Shown in pieces: positions 24,181 to 38,048 of a DNA stretch of 64,000 bases. Position 1 is the stretch's first letter, and each line of letters opens with the position of its first letter. The notes below the pieces were generated by a model. It did no database searches and was not told the origin of the DNA. It saw only the letters and a list, made by a program, of their open reading frames with translations. The DNA lies in assembly GCF_006345805.1 (NCBI RefSeq), contig NC_043006.1:16368001-16432000 (forward strand). Reading direction: 5' to 3'. Made by a program: the position numbers and the translations under genes. This stretch comes from Octopus sinensis (lineage: Eukaryota).

Positions 24181-25719
24181 TTCTGCACCTTTGCTCAGAT
24201 TTCTTCAATTAAAAAATCTGGTTTTGTCTTGAAGACCTTCAGGTGCACATTTATCCATTCCTTGTTGTAAAATCTGCTGATGCACTGTAACATTGGACAA
24301 AATGGTTTGCAGTATTTAGCTCAGGATCTTTATGCACCGAGTTCAAATCCCATCGAGGTCAACTCTGCTTTCCACCTTTCTGGAGGTCAGTAAAATAAAG
24401 TACCAATTGAGGTCTTGTAATTTATGTTTGAAATCAGTGTTAATTATATCCAAGTTTAAGTGTTTACCTGAATTCAGTGAGAAAGCATTGTTTTGGTCCA
24501 CTTATGCTCATGGTTGATACAGGACTAAGGTTCTATGATTTGTAATAAATTACAGAATATCTTTTGACAGTCCTGGATATTCATGTAATTTATATAATAA
24601 TAATTCAAGACATTTATGAAGAAACCTCGTTGTGTGTGTGTAATGCATGCAAGAGTGGTGTGTGTGTGTGCTGTTTTGCCTTAAAACCAATATGATGATG
24701 ATGATGATGATGATGTGTTGATGTGTGTTTGGAATTCAGTCCCGTTGTGCAAGATATTGGGCAAAAGTACCTTCTAAGTGAATTTGGTAGATGGAAACTG
24801 GAAGAAGCTCATTGTGTGTGTGTGTGCATGTGCTGCCTTGTCTTAAACCCAATATGATGATGATGTGTCTGTGTGTGACTATGTATTTACACATGTGCAT
24901 TTGTGTGAATATATGCAAGCATACATATGTACCTACATACACACACACATATATACTGTATTTCCTTAAATACAGTTCAATCTCAGATATAATAATGTAA
25001 CCTCCAATATTTTTATACCTAAAAATTAGTCATGGTATTTTTATCTTTGCTCTTGACTAATGGTAATCCCCAAATATAGTTCCAGGGTTTTGTTATAAAT
25101 TTCTTCCATTCATCACAAGTGTGTTTCCGTTCAAACTTATGGATGCTCATATATACCTTTCTACATGTGTGTATGTATGTGTGTGAAAAGTGTGGCAGAA
25201 AACATCCCATATTTTACATGGCTCTTGGTGTGGTGCCAGTGCAGTTTGGCCAGTGATAACAGTGCTAATATTTTACCTTTTTCCCCACCACTTACCATCA
25301 TAGTTTTAACTGGTGTACACCACATCTTAGCTTTTGAAGTTTCCATCAACCTCTAAAATGTGGAGGTTTTTTTTTTTTGCTGTGCCTTCTAAATACACAC
25401 ATATATATATGTAATATTATTATTTTTATTGTATTTTGTATTTATATTTGTGTAACATTGTCTGTTTTTCCATCCTTGTTTTTGTATACATTTGATGCTT
25501 TCTTCCAAGGAATCTAATGCTCTCAGCTTAGTTTTTCCTTGGGGCTGGCCAGATTGGAGCAATCTCAAGATTAATCAGTCGAAATTGCGAGGTTCTTGGC
25601 TGAGGATAGAAAACTTCGAATGACCCGTCCTTTTTTTTTTTTTTGTATCGTCTATCTGGCTGTTTTGTTGGCCCTTTTTGTATCACCTAGTTGTCCAGAT
25701 GTTTTGCGTTCTTGTCCCA

Positions 25720-25764
25720 TTTTGTATTTTATATATATATATATATATATATGTACATATATAT

Positions 25765-25820
<56 letters not shown>

Positions 25821-26010
25821 TATATGTACATATATATATATATGTACATATATATATATGTACATATATATATATATATATTATATGTACATATATATAT
25901 ATATATAGATATATATATATATATGTACATATATAGATATATATATATATATATAGATCTACATATAATATATATATATATGTACATATATAATATATAT
26001 ATATATAATA

Positions 26011-26049
<39 letters not shown>

Positions 26050-26058
26050 CATATATAG

Positions 26059-26091
<33 letters not shown>

Positions 26092-26276
26092 TATATATAT
26101 AATATATATATATGTACATATATATATATATATATATATGTACATATATATTATATATATATATATATATGTACATATTATATATATATATATGTACATA
26201 TATATATATATATGTACATATATATATATATATGTACATAATATATATATATATATGTACATATATAATATATATG

Positions 26277-26311
<35 letters not shown>

Positions 26312-26312
26312 C

Positions 26313-26362
<50 letters not shown>

Positions 26363-26575
26363 TATATATATAGATATATATGTACATATATATATATATA
26401 TGTACATATATATATATATATATATATATAATATGTACATATATAGATATATATATATATAATATATATATATATGTACATATATATATATATAATATAT
26501 ATATATATATATGTACATATATTATATATATATATATATATGTACATATATATATATATATCTATATATATGTAC

Positions 26576-26609
<34 letters not shown>

Positions 26610-26622
26610 CATATATATATAT

Positions 26623-26654
<32 letters not shown>

Positions 26655-26655
26655 C
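25720..26655. repeat. Compound (TA)n-TGTACA microsatellite, about 940 bp
   Basis: Directly visible; the repeating unit is self-complementary. Confidence 0.97.
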
Positions 26656-27429
26656 ACACACATGAGCTTAAGCATTTATGTATACAAGCTAATCAACATG
26701 CACTCTAATACACTCGAGATTCTGGACTAAGAAAATATAACCCCCCCCCCTCCATTGGCAACTTCCACATATATACAGAATAACAATTGAATCTATGGAG
26801 GCAAAAAGGAGGTTGCAAGCTTCTGAGTGCTGCGTTAATTATATTACTCTGGTAACATCTTCTAAACAACAGTGATAAGAAATGAGTACATCACAAAGTT
26901 TAGAAGCATTATTATTATCATTTTGAACATTCCAAAGTAAAGTGATGCTGCCTGTTGTCATTTGACATCTTCCCTTCAATGCTCACTGCAGTTTGTTTCT
27001 GGTGCCAATATCAACATTTGATAAAATAATTATATCACAGCCTAATATGTCGAAAGGGCTTCTGCTTGTAGATATCACATCGCAGGACATTCAGTCAGTT
27101 GAGGAAATATGCTATTTTAGTTTGGTACACTGTTATTAATTTCTCCTACGATTTCAAAGTTCTTATATTCGATATCCTGTAGAGATTTGTTTACAGTTTT
27201 CCATCTTTGGATGTTTAATTCCTATGGCCAAAGGGAGACTGATTTCAGATTACAAACCCAGTTTGTAACTCACTCTCTATCTGAAACTCTGCCTCTCTAA
27301 CACCTTCAGTCTATAGCTGTACCTCTCTATCTCTCTCAGCTTATAGTTCTGCCTCTCTGTCACTTTTTGTTTTGCTTTGACTCTCTACCATGCTCAGCTT
27401 TGCTTTTCCAGCTCTATCTCTCTTTCTCT

Positions 27430-27808
27430 TTTACTTGTTTCAGTCATTTGACTGCGGCCATGCTGGAACACCGCCTTTAGTCGAGCAAATCGACCCCAGG
27501 ACTTATTTTTTTGTAAGCCCAGTACTTATTCTATCGGTCTCTTTTGCCGAACCGCTAAGTGACGGGGACGTAAACACACCAGCATCGGTTGTCAAGCAAT
27601 GCTAGGGGACAAACACAGACACATATATATATATACACATATATACGACAGGCTTCTTTCAGTTTCCGTCTACCAAATCCACTCACAAGGCATTGGTCGG
27701 CCCAGGGCTATAGTAGAAGATACTTGCCCAGGGTGCCACACAGTGAGACTGAACCCGCAACCATGTGGTTGGTTAGCAAGCTACTTACCACACAGCCACT
27801 CCTGCGCC
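27430..27808 (-). mobile_element. Full-length SINE family A with TSD
   Basis: 15-bp TSD TATCTCTCTTTCTCT at 27415-27429 and 27809-27823. Confidence 0.88.
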
Positions 27809-28338
27809 TATCTCTCTTTCTCTCATACATTCTTTCTCTCCCTCCTTCGATTGTTTTGATTTTAACTCTATCCTTAATAGATTATAATAAAATACACTGA
27901 TTATATATATTTTTAATTAATTTTTGAAAGTAACTAAGAATTCTGGAGGAATTTAATATGGTAACCAATTCTATTATGTTCTACATTCAAATTCTATCAG
28001 TTTTGTCTTTCATCTTTTCAGTGTCGATATAAGGAACCAGTTGAGTACTGGCACCTATGTAATCAACTTACCGCCTCCCCCTAAAATTGATGACTTTATG
28101 CCAAAATATAAAACCATTATTATTTGTCTTCATCAACATTTCAACATCCATATTCCTATGCTTGCATAGGAATATGGATGTTGAAACTTCCTACCACACA
28201 GCCATGTCTGTGCCTATTATTATTATCATTCATATATATATATATATATATATATTAATAAATCTTAGGGTAGCAAAAAAACTTTGAAAAATTCTTTGCT
28301 ACCAGTGGTCTAGTGAGAAGAAAAAGCTAGTCAATATT

Positions 28339-28738
28339 CTTTTCTTTCTTTTATTCTTTTACTTGTTTCAGTCATTTGACTGTGGCCATGCTGGAGCACC
28401 GCCTTTAGTCGAGCAAATCGACCCCGGGACTTATTCTTTGTAAGCCTAGTACTTATTCTATCGGTCTCTTTTGCCGAACCGCTAAGTAACGGGGACATAA
28501 ACACACCAGCATCGGTTGTCAAGCAGTGCTAGGGGGACAAACACAGACACACACACATATATATATATATACATATATACGACGGGCTTCTTTCAGTTTC
28601 CATCTACCAAATCCACTCACAAGGCTTTGGTCGGCCCGAGGCTATAGTAGAAGACATTTGCCCAAGATGCCACGCAGTGGGATTGAACCCGGATCCATGT
28701 GGTTGGTAAGCAAACTACTTACCACACAGCCACTCCTG
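28339..28738 (-). mobile_element. SINE family A copy
   Basis: Near full-length match. Confidence 0.85.
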
Positions 28739-28780
28739 ATTATATATTATTCATATAAAAATATTATTCATATAAAAATA

Positions 28781-29030
28781 CAGTGTACATTTAAACATTT
28801 AAGAGATGGCCATAACAGGACATCTGACTCGCTAGAAAGAGTAGTTAAACTACAAACCACTAATAGTTGTAATTTTGAAAGGGAATGAAAAGTAAAAACA
28901 TTTACTCTATTGTTTTGATTTTTCATTCCCTTTCAAAATTACAACTATTAGTGGTTTGTAGTTTAACTACTCTTTCTAGCGAGTCAGATGTCCTGTTATG
29001 GCCATCTCTTATGTGTTTAGATGTACACTG
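28781..29030. mobile_element. Fold-back Tc1/mariner-type MITE (250 bp, almost entirely TIR)
   Basis: TA|CAGTG...CACTG|TA; arms 28771-28891 and 28920-29040. Confidence 0.85.
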
Positions 29031-32000
29031 TATTTTTATATACACACACACATGCATACACACACACACACCACACACACACACAACACACACACACACA
29101 CATATATATTATTATTATTACAAATTTGGGATATCACCAATAGAACCACAGCTTCAATTTCAGGACAACCTTATTTTCTGGAGTTTTCATCTACAAAGTC
29201 CACTTCTAAAACTTTGCAGTCAGGAACTATGGTATAAAACATTACCCAAGATGCTGTGCAGTGGGTCTGAATCCAAAACCATATAATTAGAAAGCCAACT
29301 TCTTAAACCACAAAGCAATGCTTGTACCATTTAATGATTCAACATCAGCGGAGATAGGTTGAGTTGTATAGGTGCATATTTACTTATATGACTATATGCA
29401 GAAGCTGAAGGGAGGTATGATCTGTATAAGAGTGAGCGTTACTTTTGTGGGGTAACAGTAAGTAAGTTGTTGATGTATTGGAAGAATAATGGAACAAACA
29501 AAACTGAACTTTGGTGTACACCATATTTTTATTGGTACAGATCACAGAGATCTCCATTCAACACTTATCATGAAGTCTCCATTGATCCTAAAGTGGATGG
29601 CATAAATGTGCAGGTAGTTTAGCTTGGAGGTTCACATTCTATGTTAAGCAATGCTGTTGTTGATCATTTTGATATCAACCCACAAGAGACAGCCTTTGGT
29701 TCTTGATAACAAGCTTCCTGAGACTGTCGCTAGTTCTCTGATATGAACTTCCTATTTTAAAGTGATCAAAATTGAAACTTCACATCAAAACTTCATATTA
29801 ATTTGTATTCCAAATTCCAGCTTATTTTACTTAATTCATCATTATTTTCAAAAAATTAATTGGAACAAAGATATGTATTTCAACAGAAGTGTAGTAACTG
29901 AAAGTACAACATTGATTTCACCAAATTTCTCAAGAGTAGGTAATTAGATCACAAACAGACATGGCATTTGGAGAAAGCCATAGCTGTTGGTATTGGTGGT
30001 CATTAAAGGAGAGAGAAAGATCTAAAGTGTTGAAGATGGTTGTTAGTTTAACAATCAATACACCTTTCATGTCATCAAGTTAACAGGTGAAAAAAATTTA
30101 TACAAAAATCCCCATATGTTGTCAGCTAAGTAGTGAGAAAATGTTAAACATGATGTCAGCAAGCAAAACATCGCATGGCATGCTCCGTTAACAGACAATA
30201 AAATACAATAGCACTGAACAAACATTTACATGTGTCAGCTAACAAGAGACAAAATTCTACACTTACTATTAACTTTCCACTCATTTTGTATTCTAATTAT
30301 ATGTATTGCATATGTTTACATATCCAAAGTAAAATATAAAAATGAAATTTATAGGCATGATAAAATAACTGATTAACAGTTCCTTTATCTAAATATACAT
30401 AAATCAATTTTTTTCCTTAATATTCTGTTTATGGCTACAAACAGTTTAACTGTCATCGCTTGGGAAGGAAGGTAATTTGCATTATTTCAAAATGAGGCCA
30501 GTTTTGTTTGTTCTGTTGAATGTGTGTGCTTTCCTTTGGGTCTTATGCTGTTATCCTCGTCTTTTGTACAGTGTCCAAGGAGTGACAGTATGCGTAAAGT
30601 AGGTCATTCATGTTTAGCTTAGTTGACTAACTTGTAATTTCATGACCAACAGGAAGTTGCTGAGGAATAAAGGAAAAAATAATGGTTGAAATATATTAGA
30701 AAGTTGATCTTTATTGGTGGGTGGACAAGACTAGTTGTGTCCATGACACTTGAGAGCTGCTTCGCTGTCGATGACCCACCCACCTGATTAACTCTTTGGG
30801 TTGGTTATCATATTCCTCATGAAATACACAGTGTGTATCTTTTGATAATTTTCTTTTTCTTGAAATTTTTTTTTTTTTAAGTTTGGCAAGGCTGTGTATG
30901 GTTAAGAAATTCACTTTATGAGCATATGCGGTTTTGGTTCGGCTCCACCGTGCAGCACTTTGACCAAGTGTCTTTCACTAAGCCTTAGTTTGGTTAACAG
31001 AAACTGTAGAAGCTTGTTGTGTGTGTGTGTTTATGTATATCTTTGAGCTTGACCAAACTTTTCAAGGGAGTACACCAGTTTGGCTGCAGTCCAACAACTG
31101 AAACATGTAAAACATAAAAAGGACAAAAATATATATAAAAACAAAACTGCAACATAATAAAAAAAAAATATAAAAATAACTTATAAATAATCATTTAAAT
31201 TTTGAAGTGTTTTCATAAACACTCTGCACACTGTTCATGTTATTCTGAAGACCTTGAAAAAACACGAGTGCAATACAAAAACTTAAACAAATATAAGATT
31301 TTCTTGTTTAGTATTTGCAGTAAAAAAATCCGAAATCAGTCCTGAAAATTTATTTCTAGTGCCCCCCCCCCCCCGCTCTTTTTTTTTTGTTAACCTTGAT
31401 TTTTGATTCAATTTTGTTTGCATTCCCGTTAAATACTATCAGGTTTGGAGATGGTTTGCTTGTTTATTTTTTTTTTATGTTTTTACTTCTAGTGTTTAAT
31501 GTGTTATGTCAACATTAATTTTCTTTTCTTACTTTTTTTTTTTTATTTTTCCTTAATTTTTCATGAGAAAAATAACCAGGTTTTTAAATTTTAACTAGAG
31601 CTGGTTTTACGTTTCAATTCTTTGTCAAGCATCTACATATTTACACAGCTGAGATTTGATAAGGATGTTCCCAATTAAATCAATAAGTTATATACACTTA
31701 GGAAGTTCATTTGGAGGACATTTCTCGTGGAAACATTTTCTGAAAGGAATCCGTGACGTGTTTTAAATTGATATCATTCCACGAACCTTTAGAACACTCT
31801 TCAAATATTTCATTTGAACTCTTGATTTTTCAATGACCTTATCACAAAATATTTTCAAATATCTCCACTTTAACCTTTTGAATACCATCCCGTCTGAGAT
31901 TCTCCTTGGTTCTATGATACAAATTTCCACTGTTAAAGTGATTCAAATTAATAAACCTTTCATTCAGAATTTCATGTTAATCTATGTTCCAATCATCGAC

Positions 32001-32228
32001 TTAATAATAGCAAAGGATTAAATTTGTTATCGAGCACCTTTATTTTATTTCCTTTAGTCTTCATGGTTTCCACACACAGACAAAACAGTTGGTTTCAAGT
32101 ATGAATAACCATTTTTACGATAGATATTCTCATAATTCATGTACTTATTATGTTTGTATAAGCTCTCTAACACATACTGAATTAGATCAAAATAAATATA
32201 AAATTATCAGTTTTTCCCATTTGGCATA

Positions 32229-32705
32229 CCTTAAATCCTCGAGTATAATCTGCACTTTTTTCCCAAAATTTAAAGGTCAAAATCCCTAGTGCATACTAAA
32301 ACTAATCGATGTCCGAGTCTCTATTTGCTGTCCGGCAATGTTTATTCAGGTACATTTTGTGATGTTGGGCGCGAAAATACCTGAAGCTAAGCCTGAAAGC
32401 AATGAAGTCATGAAAGAATCATCCATAACTTGCAGTAAACAACATTTAAAATAAAAGTATTCAGAACACAGAATAACATGTAAAAAAAAATAATTTGCAA
32501 ACATATTTACATTCCCATATAACAGTTAAGAACATCACCATTATTGTATTACGCATGCGCGGAAGTGTTTGTTCAACTAGGTCCTGCTGGCTTAATTATG
32601 CACGACTCAAGTTAGAGAAGGGGTGCGTATTATACACAAGGTTTAGGTTTTTCAGATGTACAGCCCCCTAAAAGTCCCCTGCGTACTATACTCGAAGATT
32701 TACGG
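32229..32705. mobile_element. Tc2/pogo-like MITE
   Basis: TA|CCTTAAATCCTCGAGTATA ... TATACTCGAAGATTTACGG|TA. Confidence 0.75.
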
Positions 32706-33624
32706 TATATCTTAAGTAATACATGGTTTCTGTACCTGTCAATCCTTGTTGGTTTCTAGTTAAGCATAAACATCAATTGTATGGATTAGATGTTAGAATT
32801 GGTATCACAGAGACAGGGGACAGAGATTTTTTAAAATTCAATTTTGTATTTATTTCTTGCATTCAAATGTTCTTGAGCAAAACTTAAAACTGTATATTCC
32901 CCAGTTTTAACAAAAATACTTACCGCACCCTTGCCAGAAGATTATAAATTTTGTTTTTCGCTACAGTCCCAATGCAAACAGGTGATTTGGCTCATTTAGT
33001 TAATGCTGAAATAATTTTTTTTTTTCTTTTAAATAAATGTTAAGAGATAAGTCGTAATTTTTAGCTTTCAAAGTGAAAGCAAGAACTGGAAGAATTTTAA
33101 CTCCACCTTTGCAATCTATTTTTATGGTTTTTATATTTCTTTTTTTAAATACATCCCAAAGTATGTTAGTGTTTCTGAGAATGAAAAAGGACTATACACA
33201 TACATGTACACACGCACACACATATATACACGCGCATGTATATTTACATACATACACACACACATATATGCATACACATATTCATATACATACACACTCA
33301 CATGTAAATACACACACACACACACATAGGCACACATGTATGTGTATATATGGATATATACTGTGAGGTATTTTAGTCACATATATATATTTACTTTTAT
33401 ACTTTCACTCTTTTATCAGTTTCAGTTACTGGACCGCTGCCATGCTGGGACACCATGTTCAAATGTTTAGTTGATCATATCAGTCCCATCCCAGTTTATA
33501 TTTCAGTTCAGTTTGATATTTATTTTATCAATCTCTATTTATCAAAATATAAAGGGCACACAGCATAAACAACCTCAGTTTTCACATGCAATGCAAACAC
33601 AATCACAAACATGAATACATACAT

Positions 33625-33664
<40 letters not shown>

Positions 33665-33926
33665 GTATGTATGTATGTGTGTGAGACCTGCTTTTGCAGT
33701 TTCTCTTTCTCCTATTCTGCTCATAACATGAAACACAAAGTTGACTTTGAGATTTGAACTCAGACAGAGTTCAGAAAAATGGAAACAAATACTGTGTAGC
33801 ATTTTGTCCAATGCCCTAATGACCATACCAATTCGCCACCTCTGTGTGTGTGTGGGGGGGGGGTAGATTGTGTTCCTTTATTACCTGAAATGAGAACTGC
33901 AGTTGAAACGGCTAACTAAAATACTT

Positions 33927-34180
33927 GAAGAGTGTCCCCTTCAATCATGAATGACCATGGGATTGCATCTAGAAAGTTCCCTTCCAAAGCACAAGTCCCA
34001 ACAAGGTCGTTTATGGAAGACCAGCAGTCGCCCATGCATACCAGTCCCCCCCCCCCCGTGACACTGATGTTATCCAGGGAAAGGCAAAGGCCAATACAAC
34101 ATGGCATCAGTGACATCGCAACTCATTTCTACAGCTGAGGAAATTGGAGCAGTGTAAAATAAAGTGTCTTGCTCAAGTCT
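33927..34180 (-). mobile_element. 5'-truncated SINE sharing the family E core but with a different tail
   Basis: Minus CTTGAGCAAGACACTTTATTTTACACTGCTCCAATTTCCTCAGCTGTAGAAATGAG core followed by a GGCGACTGCTGGTCTTCC...CCCATGGTCATTCATG tail. Confidence 0.6.
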
Positions 34181-34325
34181 AATACCAAATCATACAAACA
34201 GTGATCATTCACTTCTCATATTCTGCAAAAACATTTCTGGTCATGGGGACTATATTACCATGCTTGGAAAGGGTTAACGACAGGGCAGGCATTAGCTGTA
34301 GAAAATCTGCCGCAATAAAACTCCA

Positions 34326-34721
34326 TCAGGCGGTGAAGTGGTAGAAACGTTAGCATGCTGAGCAAAATGCTTAGTGGTATTTCATCTGCCGTTACATTCT
34401 GAGTTCAAATTCCACCGAGGTCAACTTTGCCTTTCATCCTTTCGGGGTCGAGTAAGTACCAGTTACACACTGGGGTCGATATAATCGACTTCATCCGTTT
34501 CTCTGTCCTTGTTTGTCCTTTCTGTGTTTAGCCCCTTGTGGGTAGTAAAGAAATAGGTATTTCGTCTCTCTTTACGTTTTGAGTTTAAATTCTGCTGAGG
34601 CTGACTTTGCCTTTCATCCTTTCAGGGTCAATAAATTAAGTACCAGTTGCATACTGGGGTTGATCTAATCGACTGGCCCTCTCCCACCAAAATTTCAGGC
34701 CTTGTGCCTAGAGTAGAAAAG
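34326..34721 (+). mobile_element. SINE family D (two modules, alternative tail) inserted in an older RTE-tail element
   Basis: 12-bp TSD AATAAAACTCCA at 34314-34325 and 34722-34733. Confidence 0.82.
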
Positions 34722-35508
34722 AATAAAACTCCACCTAATCCATGATGCAAGCATGGAAAAGTGGAAGTCAAATGATGTTCAGTTGGTTTTACTTTTTAAC
34801 ATTTCCTGGCTTGAGATCTTGTGCTTTTTGCTGGGTTATTTTAGCTTAAATGATATTTATCTTTCCGTTAGTCACTTCTTTTAATTGTAACTGTTTGAAA
34901 AGAGAAAAAAAAGTATGACGCTGTTTGTTAGCCGACTAGTTAGTAATTGGAATTTTCTAAATGCCTATGACCGTGGAGCATTTTTTAGTATTTGGCCACG
35001 TTCTGATACAACTTGATTTTCGCGAAGTGATGTAGACAGCATTTCCAACTGTTTTAGTGTTCTACTTCATATGTTGATTTGATCTAGACTGTTTACATAT
35101 ACAGGCATGCACAAACATACTCACTTATATCCATATGTGTATGTGTAAACACACAGATACAACATGTAAACACTAATTTTATGTTCTGTTCACCTAATTT
35201 CAGACTATGGCAATTGTTTCCTATTTAGATTTGGTTGAATCTAAGCCTGCATTGGTTTTATTTATATAACATTAAACAAACTTAATGGCTTATGTTAAAG
35301 TGTCAATAGCTACTCAAAAAACCCATATACCTCTATATTCATGTTTGTTACATTTCTTTAAAGTATCATATACCATAAGATGTTAAGTTTCTGCATTTGC
35401 CTCTGACATATTCCCTAACACAATTCCATTACAATGACCAGGCCATAGTTGTAGAATAAACCTTTTTATGAACAGTTCTCTAAAGAAATTAAATAAAACT
35501 GAATATAA

Positions 35509-35913
35509 GGCGCAGGAGTGGCTGTGTGGTAAGTAGCTTGCTAACCAACCACATGGTTGCGGGTTCAGTCCCACTGCGTGGCATCTTGGGCAAGTGTCTT
35601 CTGCTATAGCCTCGGGCCGACCAATGCCTTGTGAGTGGATTTGGTAGACGGAAACTGAAAGAAGCCTGTCGTATATATGTATATATATATATGTGTGTGT
35701 TTGTGTGTCTGTGTTTGTCCCCCTAGCATTGCTTGACAACCGATGCTGGTGTGTTTACGTCCCCGTCACTTAGCGGTTCGGCAAAACAGACCGATAGAAT
35801 AAGTACTGGGCTTAGAAAGAATAAGTGCCGGGGTCGATTTGATCGACTAAAGGCGGTGCTCCAGCATGGCCGCAGTCAAATGACTGAAACAAGTAAAAGA
35901 GAAAATAAAAGAG
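35509..35913 (+). mobile_element. Young full-length SINE family A
   Basis: GGCGCAGGAGTGGCTGTGTGG to GTAAAAGAG, CpGs retained. Confidence 0.88.
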
Positions 35914-37233
35914 AATAACAGTATATGAGCATTTTTTGCCCTTTTGAGACCAATCTACCTCAGGCTGTCCTTAGTTCTTCTTTACGAATCCTCTCTTTTA
36001 CAATGATTCAATTAAAACTTTCTTTACAGTTTCATGTTAATTTGCTGATGTTTGGAACATAATTAAGCTGGAATTTTTGTAGTAAGTTTTAACTCAGATC
36101 AGTTTAAAACCAAGAATTTGTGTAATAGAAACAAGGGTGGTCTCAGGTGGGTTGGTATCAAAAGAGTTAAGAAGAACTGGTGTGTTTGACCTATCCTCCC
36201 ACTAGCATTTTTAAAGCTCCTTAAGCAACACTATTTTTCTGTCCACTACACACATCTCATTCAGATTTTCCTGTCAGTTGCCCAATTATTCTTAGTTGGC
36301 AGCCAGCATTTCAAGATGAATTTATGGCCCCAGTTAAGTGTAACAGATGCCAACTGCTCACCCACATGCCCACTCACCCATATTTAGGATATCCTTTAGC
36401 AACTGACCACAAATCTAGCAGACACTTTGGTGTTTTGCATAACACTATTCCTATCAATAACAGCACCTGAGAGTTTGAGAGATCTGTCAGAGAATAAACT
36501 AATTGAAGCATACAAGGTGAGGTTAATAGTCCAATTAATCTTTACTACTAGTGTTTCATATCCTACTAAGTAAATGACATATTTAAAGTAGCTCGTCTAA
36601 CTACTTAATTGGGTCCAATATTGCTTCTGAGCAATGTAGAGGATTCATACCTAATTACTAAGGTCACTCCCTCTCTCTCTCTCACACACACACACTCACA
36701 CACACACACAGTGTGAAGAGATTTCATTAAAAAGGTCTTCTAAACTAGGTCATCTTTCGAAGGCTGTTCTTTCTTTGAAAACTGTTGCCATGCTGCTACT
36801 GAAATAAATAAATAACAAATATATGAAACTGATAAGGTAGTTAACATCTATAAAAATCCCTAATCTGTTTACATTGCCACAGGATTTATAGTGTCTTTCT
36901 CTTAATATTATCTATTGTAAAGACTTGAGCATAAATACATATCATATTGAGATTTTTCTATCTTGGTAACTATAAATATCAACTGTCAAGTAATCTAGTT
37001 CTCCTGACATTAGTTGATAAATTTCAAATACATGTCTCATGTTTTATTTGATCAAATATCTTTCAGATAGACTCATGTGACCTTGTCACTTTACAGTCAT
37101 AAGAGAAAAATGAAACGAGAAATACGGAGAAATACGGTGACTATAGTACAGTGGAGGCCCTTCAGTGTAATTTTGGATAATGTTATCAAACAGTTACCAT
37201 CAAAATTAGTAGTTCCCAAATTTAACCAGGATA

Positions 37234-37643
37234 CTCTTTACTCTTTTACTTGTTTCAGTCATTTGACTGTGGCCATGCTGGAGCACCGCATTTAGTCGAG
37301 CAACTCGACCCCGGGGCTTATTCTCTGTAAGCCCAGTACTTATTCTATCGGTCTCTTTTGCCGAACCGCTAAGTGACGACGACGTAAACACACCAGCATC
37401 GGTTGTCAAGCAATGCTAGGGGGACAAACACAGACACACAAACACACACACACATACATATATATATATAGACATATATACGACAGGCTTCTTTCAGTTT
37501 CCGTCTACCAAATCCACTCATAAGGCATTGGTCGGCCCGGGGCTATAGCAGAAGACACTTGCCCAAGATGCCATGCAGTGGGACTGAACCCAGAACCATG
37601 TGGTTGGTTAGCAAGCTACTTACCACACAGCCACTCCTGCGCC
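37234..37643 (-). mobile_element. Young full-length SINE family A
   Basis: Inverted, closely similar partner of 35509-35913. Confidence 0.88.
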
Positions 37644-37669
37644 CTGTTGTTATTTTCTCTACTTATAGG

Positions 37670-38048
37670 TGGCGAGCTGGCAGACACGTTAGCGCGCCGG
37701 GCGAAATGTTTAGCGGTATTTCGTCTGTCGTTACGTTCTGAGTTCAAATTCCGCCGAGGTTGACTTTGCCTTTCATCCTTTCGGGGTCGATAAATAAAGT
37801 ACCAGTTTTGCACTGGGGGTCAATGTAATCGACTTAATCCCTTTGTTTGTCCCTTCTATGTTTAGCCCCTTGTGGGCAATAAAGAAATAAGTATGTGTAT
37901 GTATTCCGAGGTCGACTTTGCCTTTCATCCTTTTGGGGTCGATAAATAAAGTACCAGTTTTGCACTAGGGGTCGATGTAATCGACTTAATCCCTTTGTCT
38001 GTTCTTGTTTGTCCCCTCTATGTTTAGCCCCTTGTGGGCAATAAAGAA
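37670..38048 (+). mobile_element. SINE family D with a duplicated 3' module
   Basis: GGTGGCGAGCTGGCAG head; GACTTTGCCTTTCATCC...AAAGAAATA present twice. Confidence 0.83.

Noticed and set aside
25530-25595. Hammerhead-like stem followed by GAAA in a TA-adjacent element
   Set aside because: Core reads CTTGGGG and helix I does not pair; too far from CUGANGA
25596-26708. ORFs of 60-209 aa
   Set aside because: Microsatellite translations
36465-36517. Possible 53-nt exon (CAG|...AAG|GTGAGG)
   Set aside because: Not frame-preserving, weak pyrimidine tract, no G-alpha similarity
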